DNA from: Trueperaceae bacterium
GTDB lineage: Bacteria > Deinococcota > Deinococci > Deinococcales > Trueperaceae
DNA length: 64,000 nucleotides
Direction of reading: 5' to 3'
Assembly (NCBI GenBank): GCA_965213705.1
Contig: OZ243913.1
Coordinates: forward strand, 352,001 to 416,000
In this document: positions 10,746 through 20,978 of the stretch, one piece after another
Layout of the letters: each line of letters begins with the position of its first letter
How positions within the stretch are numbered: position 1 is the first letter of the stretch
Program-made: the position numbers and the translations under genes
The notes under the pieces: generated by a model
What the model saw: the letters and a program-made list of their open reading frames with translations, nothing else
Databases searched by the model: none
Told to the model about the DNA's origin: nothing

Positions 10746-10863
10746 GCGTATGTTTCCGCCGAGGCTCGAGCTTGACTATAAAATCCCCCAAGACGTTTCT
10801 CAAAAACGCTAAGTGACTTTTGGCGTTCATACAAGTTGTAAGATAACGTGTAATACTCATTTT

Positions 10864-11097
10864 ATGAGCACAAGATTCAGCATCAGCGTTTCGCGAGAAA
10901 TCGCCCGGTTTGTCGAGACTTACCAGCAAAAAAACGATGTCAAAAGTCGTAGCGAAGTCATCGAGCGCGCCTTAAAGCTCCTGCGCGAAAAAGAGTTGCA
11001 GCAGGCTTACTACGAAGCGGGGCAGGAATGGCTAGCCGGCGAAGACGCCGACCTGTGGGAAAGCACAAGTGCCGATGGAATTGCCGAAACAAGGTGA
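10864..11097 (+). CDS. mazE: Ribbon-helix-helix antitoxin (MazE role)
   Basis: RFSISVS...SRSEVIERALKLLRE RHH motif and WESTSADG tail. Overlaps mazF. Palindrome TACAAGTTGTA at 10830-10840 upstream. Confidence 0.82.
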   Translation: MSTRFSISVSREIARFVETYQQKNDVKSRSEVIERALKLLREKELQQAYYEAGQEWLAGEDADLWESTSADGIAETR

Positions 11098-11419
11098 TAT
11101 TTTTCTTGTCGATTTGGAGCCCGCCCTCTCCGGCGAAGCGAACAAGACACGTCCCGTCGTCATTCTGAGCAACGACGCCAGCAACAAGTTCGCCCCTACC
11201 GTTACGGTGGTGCCACTGACGAGCAACACGCGCAAGCTGTATCCTTTTTAAGTTTTTCTGGACAGGAACAAGATGGGACTGGATTTTCACAGCAAAGCTC
11301 AGGCCGAGCAGGTACGGACGGTGAGCAAGCGCAGGCTCGAGCGACGGCTTGGAAGTATCGGTCAAGACGACGTTTCTTTGATTCACGAAGCGTTACGCCT
11401 CCATTTCGGTATGGATTAG
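11075..11419 (+). pseudogene. mazF: MazF/PemK toxin interrupted by an in-frame TAA at 11249-11251
   Basis: Reading through the stop gives ...KTRPVVILSND...VVPLTSNTRKLYPF*VFLDRNKMGLDFHSKAQAEQVRTVSKRRL...EALRLHFGMD, a full 114-codon MazF. Confidence 0.88.
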
Positions 11420-11510
11420 CTCGAGCTGCAGCGCCGGTTCGACCCAATCAACCGAAAACACAAAAGTGTGAAAAACTTAATCTTTTGAGTGAGCGCGGCA
11501 TAATAAACCT

Positions 11511-12725
11511 ATGCTGCCCAGCACCCTCCTCATGCACCGCTACAGCGGTGAGGAAATTGTGCCGAAGCGCCTCGAGCTGTCCCAAAAGAACCTCGGCCTC
11601 GCCGCGGACATTACCGGGATTTTCGGCGAGTACCAGGGCCGACGCCGCGCCGACTTGGACGAGCGTTTGGCAGTTCTGGAGGGCGAGGCAACCGACTACC
11701 GCGTCAAGCGGGGCTTGGCGCACCTGCTCACCAACGGTTTCAGCACCTTCGAGACGGTGAGCCCCTTGGAGCCCGAGGCGTTGCGCGCGCGGCTGTTCGC
11801 GCTGTCGGCGAAGCACCCGCCGAGTTCGGAAACGACCGAGAGCCTGCTGTCCGGTTTAGCGGCGGTCTTAAGTGATGAACTTAATAAAGAAGTCGGCGCG
11901 GCGCAGGTGGCGGCGGGACTCTACGCCGACCTCAAGGAAAACGCGATTCTGACCGATTTCACGCCGCCCGACGCGGCGGCGCTGCTCCACCGCTACAACC
12001 TGTCGCAAGTCCAGGGCGTGCTCTACCGGGCGCAAGACCTCGTCATCAGCGCGCACCGCAACGTGCCGGGCGAATACAAGCAACTGTTTCGCTACCTCAA
12101 GCTGTTCGGACTCATGGCCTACATCGAGGGCGACGTGGAGCACGGGTTTACGGTGACGATTGACGGCCCCGCAAGCTTGTTCGGCTCGAGCACGCGCTAC
12201 GGCACCGACCTCGCCAAGTTTCTGCCCGCCCTCCTCAACGTGACCAAGTGGAGCATGACCGCGACGCTGAACCCCAAAGAGCGCTACGACGGCACGCCCG
12301 CGGTGGCACGCTTTACGTTGGATTCGGACTGCGGGCTCGTATCGCACTACAAAAAGGGCAAGGCTTACGACAGCATGATTGAAAGCGCCTTTGCGAAGCG
12401 CTGGGAGGCGACCGACACCGAGTGGGTCTTGGAGCGCGAGGTCGACCTGCTCCCCATCCCCGGCAGCGTGATGGTGCCGGACTTCCGACTCGTCCACCCC
12501 GACGGCCGCGACTTCGTCTTTGAAATCGTCGGCTACTGGCGGCCCGAATACCTGAAGAAGAAGTTCGCGCAAATTCGCAAGTCGGGCGTCAGCAACATGG
12601 TCTTGGCGGTGTCAGAACGCCTGAACCTGGGCGAGGTCGGCATCAAACTCGACAAAGTCCTTGCCAAGGTGATTTGGTTCAAGGAAAAAATCTTACCGAA
12701 GGACGTACTGGCGGTGCTCGAGTAA
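11511..12725 (+). CDS. DUF790-family protein (Bax1-like PD-(D/E)xK nuclease)
   Basis: LYADL, YNLSQVQGVLYRA, DGPASLF, RYG, YDS..E..FA and MVPDF...FEIVGYWRPEYLKKK. Confidence 0.88.
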   Translation: MLPSTLLMHRYSGEEIVPKRLELSQKNLGLAADITGIFGEYQGRRRADLDERLAVLEGEATDYRVKRGLAHLLTNGFSTFETVSPLEPEALRARLFALSAKHPPSSETTESLLSGLAAVLSDELNKEVGAAQVAAGLYADLKENAILTDFTPPDAAALLHRYNLSQVQGVLYRAQDLVISAHRNVPGEYKQLFRYLKLFGLMAYIEGDVEHGFTVTIDGPASLFGSSTRYGTDLAKFLPALLNVTKWSMTATLNPKERYDGTPAVARFTLDSDCGLVSHYKKGKAYDSMIESAFAKRWEATDTEWVLEREVDLLPIPGSVMVPDFRLVHPDGRDFVFEIVGYWRPEYLKKKFAQIRKSGVSNMVLAVSERLNLGEVGIKLDKVLAKVIWFKEKILPKDVLAVLE

Positions 12726-12740
12726 CCCCGCCATCACGCC

Positions 12741-12773
12741 CTACTTTCTACTCGGTACTCAGCACTCGGTACT
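12741..12773. repeat. Heptamer tandem repeat (ACTCGGT/ACTCAGC) between convergent genes
   Basis: ACTTTCT-ACTCGGT-ACTCAGC-ACTCGGT-ACT. Confidence 0.6.
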
Positions 12774-12778
12774 GTTTC

Positions 12779-13453
12779 TCAAGGCCCGAGCCGTCCCGCC
12801 ACGACACCGTACTCGAAGGCGGGCTCGTCCGGCGCGACGTAGATGTTGACGGTGCGCACGTTTGACGGGTTCATGGTGTCGCCGACGACGGCGCGAAAGC
12901 TGCTGCGCCCAGCTACGGGCTCGGCCAAGCCTACCGTAACTTCGCTACCGCACGGGTACTCCGCCAGGATGTCGCGGCTCACCGCCACGTGCCGCCAGGC
13001 TTCCAACGGGACGCTGCACGCGCCCACAGCGCCCGCGAAGCTGAAGCCGACGCGCTCCAAGTCGAACGCGCCCGCGGGCAAGGGTTGAGCGGCCTCGGCA
13101 GCGGGCGTCGCTTCGGATTCGCCGGCGATTGTCGCCCCGGTAGTTGTTTCTGCCCTCACTTCTGCAGTCGTCCCGCTCGCGTTCGTCGTTGCCGGTCCTG
13201 TGCCGGTTGCCGCCGTTTCAGCGAGAGGAACCTCCGGCGTCGCCGTTTGACCTGCGGAGGAAACGACGGGTACCCCGCCTGTTTCACCCGACACGGCTTC
13301 GGCCTGGGTCGTCTCGAGCGTGGTCGGCGCGGTGGTCGGCGTGACGGCGGTTTGACGGTTGCGCCGTCCGGGAAAGAAAAGCGTGACGACGATGATGGCG
13401 CAAACCACCACCAGGGCTATCAAAAGTGCGGAGTCGATAAGCTTTTCGCGCAT
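12779..13453 (-). CDS. Membrane-anchored protein with Ala/Thr-rich linker and C-terminal 3D/DPBB-like domain
   Basis: N-terminal TM helix, low-complexity linker, then VAVSRD..YPCGSEV...VVGDTM...VNIYV. Confidence 0.6.
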   Translation of the reverse strand: MREKLIDSALLIALVVVCAIIVVTLFFPGRRNRQTAVTPTTAPTTLETTQAEAVSGETGGVPVVSSAGQTATPEVPLAETAATGTGPATTNASGTTAEVRAETTTGATIAGESEATPAAEAAQPLPAGAFDLERVGFSFAGAVGACSVPLEAWRHVAVSRDILAEYPCGSEVTVGLAEPVAGRSSFRAVVGDTMNPSNVRTVNIYVAPDEPAFEYGVVAGRLGP

Positions 13454-13471
13454 GGTTCGAGCATACCAAAG

Positions 13472-14308
13472 TCAAGCGCGAGGTGCCTGGGCGGCTCGAG
13501 CGAACGTTCTCAAGTCTTCGTTGAAGCGTTCGCGCACTTCTACAAAAGGTAGGTGCCCGACGCCCCGATACGTTTTTAGAGAGGCGTTCGGCGCACTTTG
13601 GACCGTGTGCTCGCTCGAGCTTACCCTCACGACCGTGTCCGCGTCGCCGTGCAGGCACAAAACGGGTAGATTGAGGGCGCTCAAAGTCTCGCCGTGGTCG
13701 ACTTTTCTGGCCGCCAGGTTATAGCGAACTTGCGGCGGCGTCATCATCATCGCGGCGAGTTGGCGGCGCAGTGCGTCTTCACTCAAAGATGCGGCCGTCA
13801 TCGTTTGAGCGAACCGGAGCGTGGCCGCGTAGTTCGTGCCGAAGTCCTTTGAAAACATGTCTTTGAGGTGCGTGGTAGCTTCGCCCAAGTGCGCGTACCC
13901 CGCCTTGACCGCGTTTTGGCTCAGCGCCGCGACCATCGCCAAACCGGCGACCTCGGTCTCACCAAAGGTTTTCAAGTAGTCCAGCGCGACGACGCCGCCG
14001 TAGGACCAGGCGACCAGGACAGGGCGATTCAGCTCGAGGCCCTCAATCACCGCTGAAACGTCCTCGGCCCACAGTGTAGGGTCGTGATATGCCGCAGCTT
14101 CGAGTGATTTTTCCGAGGCCCCGTGTCCGCGCAGGTCGAAGGCGGCTAGGTGAAACTCGTCGGCCAAGCCACTCGCCAACTGCCCCGCCCACACGTCGTA
14201 ACTCTGCGAAATGCCGTGCAGAAACAACAAAGCCGGTGCGCCGCGCGTGCCCGCCTCGACTGCGTTGAGCTTTAGACCGCCTCCGCCAGCGATGGTGTGA
14301 AGGTTCAC
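13472..14308 (-). CDS. Alpha/beta hydrolase
   Basis: FLHG, DLRGHG, AWSYGG nucleophile elbow, HGDAD and GHLP. Confidence 0.92.
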   Translation of the reverse strand: MNLHTIAGGGGLKLNAVEAGTRGAPALLFLHGISQSYDVWAGQLASGLADEFHLAAFDLRGHGASEKSLEAAAYHDPTLWAEDVSAVIEGLELNRPVLVAWSYGGVVALDYLKTFGETEVAGLAMVAALSQNAVKAGYAHLGEATTHLKDMFSKDFGTNYAATLRFAQTMTAASLSEDALRRQLAAMMMTPPQVRYNLAARKVDHGETLSALNLPVLCLHGDADTVVRVSSSEHTVQSAPNASLKTYRGVGHLPFVEVRERFNEDLRTFARAAQAPRA

Positions 14309-14378
14309 GGATTTCTCTTGTCAACGAAAGGCATGGCTCGAGCTTAACCCTTAAAAGGGGAAACGGGTTCAAAACACC

Positions 14379-15377
<999 letters not shown>

Positions 15378-15450
15378 ACACCAAGTTTAAGGGTGAACTT
15401 TGTGGACGCGTGTCACGTCGGGTTTTTCACATTTGAGCTAAGCTTGTGGG

Positions 15451-15750
15451 GTGAACACCGAACAGCATCTTTGGCATTACTTCACGGAAATCAAAACGGC
15501 TGTCGACGCTGGCAACCGTGGCGATACGGTTCAACCTTACGTCGGCGGCACCTTTATGGTGACGGCTTTGTCCGGCGAAATTGAGTTCACAGTGTCCGAC
15601 ATTACCGAGGAAGACGCGGTTTTGATAGCGGGCGAACTCAAAGAAATGGGCATCCGCGCGCTTGTTCGCGGCACCCAACCCTGTCCGCGTTGCGGCAAGC
15701 GCGTTCCGGCTCAAGACCACTGCGTCCACTGTCGGGGCAAACTCGGCTAG
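15451..15750 (+). CDS. Hypothetical protein with C-terminal Zn ribbon
   Basis: CPRCG...CVHC; TAAGCT box 6 nt before GTG. Confidence 0.7.
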   Translation: MNTEQHLWHYFTEIKTAVDAGNRGDTVQPYVGGTFMVTALSGEIEFTVSDITEEDAVLIAGELKEMGIRALVRGTQPCPRCGKRVPAQDHCVHCRGKLG

Positions 15751-16024
15751 CTCGTTAAAAACGTGACCATAAACAGCAGGTAAGCGAAGAGCGCCGTCAA
15801 GGCTACTCTGTCGGCGGCAAGCACTCCGCTGTCTAAGCCGCGCAGCCAAAACGACAGGGCCAACAGCAACCACACCAGCGCGTGACAGTAGCGAAGGATG
15901 ACGTAGCGCAACCCCCCGTGTCCGGCGTAACTTTCTGTTGCGGCCAGAAAAACGTGTAGAGGACGGCGACCGTCAGGCACAAGCCCACCCAAACGATGGC
16001 GGGTAATCCCCACACTTTGGTCAT
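15747..16024 (-). pseudogene. Small membrane protein frameshifted in a G6 run
   Basis: MTKVWGLPAIVWVGLCLTVAVLYTFFWPQQKVTPDTG in one frame joins LRYVILRYCHALVWLLLALSFWL... in another at CCCCCC 15912-15917. Confidence 0.7.
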
Positions 16025-16192
16025 GGTTTTACAACACACCTCCTGCACAAGTCCAGTTGGATAACGATGCTTAGCGGCCCTGCTGTTGCCAGGTTGATAC
16101 TTTCGCAAGAAGTCCAATGAACCGCTGCCCCGCGCCCGCCTACACCTTTTGGTTGAAGAAGCTCCGAGCCGCCGAGTGCTAGACTGCCTCAC

Positions 16193-16384
16193 ATGAACAA
16201 ACAACTGCAACGCTCCACCCAAAACAAGGTCATCGGCGGCGTTTGCGCCGGGCTTGGCAACTACTTCGGCGTCGACCCGGTGTTGGTGCGGGTCGGCTTT
16301 CTCATCGCGCTGTTCGCGTTCGGCTTCGGACCGCTTCTGTACCTCGTTCTCTGGGTCGTGATGCCCGCGGCAAGCACGTCCTAA
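16193..16384 (+). CDS. pspC: PspC-domain protein
   Basis: LQRSTQNKVIGGVCAGLGNYFGVDPVLVR...YLVLWVVMP. Confidence 0.92.
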   Translation: MNKQLQRSTQNKVIGGVCAGLGNYFGVDPVLVRVGFLIALFAFGFGPLLYLVLWVVMPAASTS

Positions 16385-17019
16385 CCCTCGAGCAGTTCGG
16401 CACTCCGCCCGAACTCGCCCGAAAAAACGAGCTCGCTCAACGGTTTGCGCTTGCGTTCGCCGCGCTCTTTGGCCTGCAGGTCTTCGGGTAACTGCGCGGG
16501 GTCGCCCGCATAGCCCAGGGCAAGCCCGGCCACAACTTCGAAGTCATCGGGAATGCTGAAAGTTTCACGGGCTTTGTCGGGCAAAATGCCCGCCATTTGG
16601 TGAACGCGCAGGCCCAGGGCGGTCGCCTGCAAGCTGAGCTGCGCGACCGCCGCACCCGTGTCGTAGAGGGCGTGTTTGTTCGTGTTGCTGCCGGGTTTCG
16701 AACCGCCGGAAAAAGTCTTCTTTGCCAAAACGAGCATAATCACGGGGGCAGCCCCGGCCCAACTGCTGTTGCCCTCCCTAAAACACGTCAGCACCTGCTC
16801 GAACTCGGTAGAGCCGTCCTTGCCGGGGTCGTTCTCGGTGGCAACGATAAAACGCCACGGCTGCTCGTTGTAGCTCGAGGCCGCCCAGCGCGCCGCTTCT
16901 AAAACGCTCAAGAGTTTTTCGCGCTCGACGGGTTTGGACGAAAAAGCCCTGGGGCTCCAGCGCTCGGCAATCGGCACAATGACTTCGTGCTCGACCGGGT
17001 TTCGTTTCTCCGCAACCAT
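16381..17019 (-). CDS. Nitroreductase family protein
   Basis: RWSPRAF, AARWAASSYNEQPWRF and HQMAG. Confidence 0.93.
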   Translation of the reverse strand: MVAEKRNPVEHEVIVPIAERWSPRAFSSKPVEREKLLSVLEAARWAASSYNEQPWRFIVATENDPGKDGSTEFEQVLTCFREGNSSWAGAAPVIMLVLAKKTFSGGSKPGSNTNKHALYDTGAAVAQLSLQATALGLRVHQMAGILPDKARETFSIPDDFEVVAGLALGYAGDPAQLPEDLQAKERGERKRKPLSELVFSGEFGRSAELLEG

Positions 17020-17918
17020 CAGGCCACCACCACTTTTGCAAAAGGGTTTTCGGCGTCGCTCAGGTTGGTCAGCTCCTCACTCAAACGCCACAGCCGCGTT
17101 TGCGCCGCCGTGTTTTGGGCGGCTTTGGAGGCCGCGATGGGCTCTTTGTCTTTGAAGTATTTGCCGGTGACACCCGCCACCGCCGGAGAAGAGGCCAGAA
17201 AGATCGCCGTCTCCGCGCCTTTTTCGGGCGAGCGCAGCAGCGGACGGAACAAGCCGAAGGCTTTAGAAATCAGGCCCGGCGCACCCTGGCCGAAGCCGGT
17301 CGCCACCGCGCCGGGGTGCAGCGCGTTAACCGTCACGCCCGTTCCCGCCAAACGCTTGGCAAGTTCGAAGGTGAACAGCAAGTTGGCAAGTTTGGACTGG
17401 CCGTAAGCCTTCCAACCGTTGTAATTTGCGCTCAGCATCGGGTCGTCGAAATGAATTTTGCCAAAGCGCTCGGCCTCGGACGACACGTTGACGATGCGCG
17501 CGGGCGCGCTGTCCAGCAGGCGCTCCAACAGCAAATTCGTCAGCAAAAAGTAAGCGAGGTGGTTCAGGGCAAAGGTGAGTTCATAGCCGTCGGCGGTCGT
17601 CTTGCGCTCCGGGGCGAACAGCCCGGCGTTGTTGACGAGAACGTCCAGGGTTTCGAACTGCGCCTTGAACTCCTCCGCCAGGCGGCGGATGTCCTGCAGC
17701 GAGGACAGGTCGGCGGGTACAAAGGTGACCGCGTCGCTCCCCGTTTCACGCCGGACTTGCTCGGCTTTTTGCGCGCCGTCGCCGCCGCCCCTGGATACCG
17801 TCACCACGGTCGCGCCCTGCTGCGCCAAGCTTTTGGCCGTCTCGAAGCCGATACCCGAACTCGCGCCGGTCACAAGACACACTCTTCCGGTCATTTTGGA
17901 AGTCGTTTCAGGGGTCAT
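17019..17918 (-). CDS. Short-chain dehydrogenase/reductase
   Basis: TGASSGIG, NNAG and YGQSK. Confidence 0.93.
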   Translation of the reverse strand: MTPETTSKMTGRVCLVTGASSGIGFETAKSLAQQGATVVTVSRGGGDGAQKAEQVRRETGSDAVTFVPADLSSLQDIRRLAEEFKAQFETLDVLVNNAGLFAPERKTTADGYELTFALNHLAYFLLTNLLLERLLDSAPARIVNVSSEAERFGKIHFDDPMLSANYNGWKAYGQSKLANLLFTFELAKRLAGTGVTVNALHPGAVATGFGQGAPGLISKAFGLFRPLLRSPEKGAETAIFLASSPAVAGVTGKYFKDKEPIAASKAAQNTAAQTRLWRLSEELTNLSDAENPFAKVVVA

Positions 17919-17990
17919 ACACGCTCCTTCGCACGCTGTCCAGCTTAGGGACCTGGGCGAAAAAACACAGTCCCGCAGCGTACAAGCGGA

Positions 17991-18019
17991 GTAACGGGAG
18001 GCGTTGCGCCTCCCGTTAC
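17991..18019. terminator. Strong hairpin downstream of tal
   Basis: GTAACGGGAGGCG-TTG-CGCCTCCCGTTAC forms a 13-bp stem. No clear U tract. Confidence 0.5.
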
Positions 18020-18088
18020 GGTTCTCAACACATCCTCAGAGGTATTTTCTCAAGAGGAGTGTCGGAAGTAAATTTTTTGTCTGAAATG

Positions 18089-19207
18089 TCAGGCGGGCGT
18101 TTTTTCGGCCGCCTCGCGCAGGGTGTTCATCAGGCTCTCGAACGGTTTGATGAACTTTTCCACGCCTTCGGCCTCGAGCTTTTCCGTTACCTCGTCTAAG
18201 TCTATGCCGAGGTCGCGCAAGCTCTCGAGCTGCTGCGCGGCCTCGTCGACGCCGTCTTCCAAGCGCGCCGCGGGCTCGCCGTGGTCGCGGTAGGCGTCTA
18301 GGGTGTCAACCGGCAGCGTGTTGACGGTGTCGGGTCCGATTAACGCTTCGACGTACATCACGTCACTGTAGGTTGGGTCTTTGGTGCTGGTCGAGGCCCA
18401 CAGCACGCGCTGCGGGCGCGCGCCCTGCGCTTCTAAAGCCTTGAAGCGTTCCGAAGTGAACACTTCTTTGTAAATTTGGTAGGCCTGCTTGGCGCTGGCG
18501 ATGGCGATTTTGCCCTTGAGCTGCGCGGCTTGCTCGGCTCCGTCGCCGTCTTCCACGAGCGCGTCCAACTTCTTGTCCACCATCACGTCGATGCGGCTCA
18601 AGAAAAAGCTGGCGACCGAGGCGACGTTTTTGAGCGGTTCGCCCGCTTCGGCACGTTTTTCCAAGCCTTTGACGTAGGCCTCGGCCACGTCGCGGTAGCG
18701 TCCCAGGCCGAACAGCAAGGTCACGTTGATGTTGACGCCTTCGGCAATGAGTGTCGTGATAACCGGCAAACCCTCTTCCGTGCCCGGCACTTTGATAAAC
18801 ACGTTGGGGCGGCCGAGCCGCTGCCACAGGTGGCGCGCTTCGGTAAGGGTGCCTTCGGTATCATAGGCGAGCTTGGGCGAGACTTCCAGGCTCACGAAGC
18901 CGTACTTGCCGTCGTTCGCGTCGTACAAGGGTCGAAACAGGTCGGCGGCGTTTTGGATGTCCTCGATGACGATGTCTTCGTACATCTGGTCGACGCTCGT
19001 GCCCTTGCCGTGCGCCGCCCGAATGGCCTCGTCGTAGTCGTCGCTGTCGGCGATGGCTTTTTGAAAAATGGCGGGGTTCGAGGTGACGCCGCGCAGTCCG
19101 TCGCGCTCGATGAGTTCCTGCAAATAGCCGTCCGTCATCATGCTGCGGCGAATTTCGTCCATGTACACAGATTGGCCGAAGTCTTGAAGTTTTTTGAGTG
19201 GGTTCAT
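18089..19207 (-). CDS. tal: Transaldolase
   Basis: GVTSNPAIF, VSLEVSP, FIKVPGT, NVTLLF, SFFLSRID and LWASTSTK. Start MNPLKK follows AAGGAGG. Confidence 0.95.
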   Translation of the reverse strand: MNPLKKLQDFGQSVYMDEIRRSMMTDGYLQELIERDGLRGVTSNPAIFQKAIADSDDYDEAIRAAHGKGTSVDQMYEDIVIEDIQNAADLFRPLYDANDGKYGFVSLEVSPKLAYDTEGTLTEARHLWQRLGRPNVFIKVPGTEEGLPVITTLIAEGVNINVTLLFGLGRYRDVAEAYVKGLEKRAEAGEPLKNVASVASFFLSRIDVMVDKKLDALVEDGDGAEQAAQLKGKIAIASAKQAYQIYKEVFTSERFKALEAQGARPQRVLWASTSTKDPTYSDVMYVEALIGPDTVNTLPVDTLDAYRDHGEPAARLEDGVDEAAQQLESLRDLGIDLDEVTEKLEAEGVEKFIKPFESLMNTLREAAEKTPA

Positions 19208-19445
19208 GGCTTCCTCCTTGGGGTGCATCCAGCATAGAGCGGGGCCGGCCGGCGGGTTGTACGGCTCCTTACGGAGTTTTCTAGAGAGGTGTTTGACGAT
19301 TTGTTGCACAGTAAAGCTCTTGAAAACAATGAGATTTTTGAAAACGTCGTTGAAGACGACCCTAAAACGACCCTCGAGCGGAACCAACCTCCAAGCCGAC
19401 TTCCAACCGCAAAGACCCGCTGAGTTCTGCGTGCCCTACTTCGGG

Positions 19446-20369
19446 TCAGACCAGGCTCGGCTCCCAAACCACGACGGTGTGCCGACGCCCGCCTTGCCGC
19501 GCTTTGGCCGCGTACATAGCTTTGTCGGCCCGCTTTAGGAGGTCGTCTACGCTGGCCTCCTCGCTCAGCATCGTCGCCACCCCGATGCTGACGCCGACCG
19601 TGTGGTGGTGGCCGTCCAGTTCGAAGGGTTCCAACAGCTCGGCGGCGACGCGCTCGGCGGTCGCCAGGGCGGCTTTGGAAGTAGCGTTGGGCAAAAACAG
19701 GGCGAACTCGTCACCTCCGGAACGAAAGAAAATATCGCCGTCGCGCTTGACCGCGCCGAGCCGCTGCGCGACCCCTCGCAGGACGCGGTCGCCTACATGG
19801 TGTCCGTAGCGGTCGTTGACGCCCTTAAAACCGTTCAAGTCAAAGTAAAGAAGCGCGCAGGTCCAAGCCTCGCGCCGCGCCAGAGACAGCAGTTCGGGTG
19901 TTCTTGCCAGAAAATAGCGCCGGTTGTGGACGCCCGTCAGCTCGTCTCGGTAGACGAGCTGTTTGATAGTCGCCTCGGCACGTTTTTGTCGGGTGATGTC
20001 TTCAAAAGTCACCAGGACGCTTTTTTCGTAGGGCGTCGTGTGGATGTTGTACCAGCAGTCCTTACCGGTAACAGAAGCGGCGCCGCTGAAAAACTGCTCG
20101 AGCCGCCCCGGTTTTTTCTCCTCGGCGGCACCCTGTAAAGCCTTGAAAAGCGGCGTCTGCGCCAGCTCGGGCGCGACCTGTAACAGCCTTTGCCCCAGCC
20201 GGTCACCGCTACCGACCAAACCGAGCTGGACCGCCGAACGGTTCATGAACCGCCATTCGAAGTCGACCGCGTTGCCGGCTTCGTAAACGGGCTCAAAGAC
20301 CACGACGCCCAAAGGCAGGGCGTCCAAAACGCCCATGACCAGGTCGGATGCAGAGTCTGCGACAACCAT
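19446..20369 (-). CDS. PAS-GGDEF diguanylate cyclase
   Basis: DELTGVHNRR, DLNGFKGVNDRYGH, RxxD I-site (RDGD) and intact GGDEF. Confidence 0.92.
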   Translation of the reverse strand: MVVADSASDLVMGVLDALPLGVVVFEPVYEAGNAVDFEWRFMNRSAVQLGLVGSGDRLGQRLLQVAPELAQTPLFKALQGAAEEKKPGRLEQFFSGAASVTGKDCWYNIHTTPYEKSVLVTFEDITRQKRAEATIKQLVYRDELTGVHNRRYFLARTPELLSLARREAWTCALLYFDLNGFKGVNDRYGHHVGDRVLRGVAQRLGAVKRDGDIFFRSGGDEFALFLPNATSKAALATAERVAAELLEPFELDGHHHTVGVSIGVATMLSEEASVDDLLKRADKAMYAAKARQGGRRHTVVVWEPSLV

Positions 20370-20384
20370 ACTTGTAAAACCCCC

Positions 20385-20978
20385 TTACAGCTTAGCACGA
20401 GCGCGGGCCAAGCCGAGTCGGGCCGCGTCTGCGGGGGTGTCGACGTCGAACGCTTCTTCAAGGTTTACGACGGCAACCCGCGCCCGGTCTTGCAGGGCGC
20501 GCGCGCCTGTGTCGCCGGTCAGCGTTTGAACGGCGCCGAACAGCGCCGCGTCTATCAGGGTCGGCGCGCCGCGCACGCCGTCGTACAAGGAGAAAACCAG
20601 GGCCGCAGCCTCGGCGCGGTAGACGGCGAGCATTTTCTCGAAGTGTTTGACCGGCACGAGCGGCTGGTCGCCAAGCAGGACGAGCGCCGCCGCAGTATTT
20701 TCGGGCAAGGCGGCGATCCCCGCGCGCAACGACGAGGCCAAACCCTCTTGCCAGTCGGGATTGACGACGACCTCGGCCCCGGCCGCTTTCGCCAAGGGCG
20801 CGTAAAGCTCCGCATAAGTCCCGACGACCACGACGACGTGAGGGACGACCTGTAAAGCCGTCTCGACAGCTCGAGCCAGCAGGGTTTTTCCCCCGAACTC
20901 CAGGGCCAACTTCGGCTCACCCATCCTGCGGCTTTCACCTCCGGCGAGGACGACGGCTGCGACGACGGAAGGGGTCAC
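20385..20978 (-). CDS. MocA/MobA-like molybdenum cofactor nucleotidyltransferase
   Basis: VLAGGESRRMGEPK, LGDQP, GDTGAR and DVDTP. The GTG start overlaps the upstream TGA. Confidence 0.88.
   Translation of the reverse strand: MTPSVVAAVVLAGGESRRMGEPKLALEFGGKTLLARAVETALQVVPHVVVVVGTYAELYAPLAKAAGAEVVVNPDWQEGLASSLRAGIAALPENTAAALVLLGDQPLVPVKHFEKMLAVYRAEAAALVFSLYDGVRGAPTLIDAALFGAVQTLTGDTGARALQDRARVAVVNLEEAFDVDTPADAARLGLARARAKL

Noticed and set aside
2356..12725. A single integrated element or prophage spanning the accessory genes
   Set aside because: No integrase, att repeats or phage genes, and housekeeping aat and yihY are interleaved, which favours independent small insertions.
18089..19387. 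Long N-terminal extensions in the ORF track (tal, and likewise mocA-like, uvrD, rlmH, AKR, DUF2254)
   Set aside because: Downstream starts have an RBS, a -10 box or a stop/start overlap, or coincide with the start of family homology.
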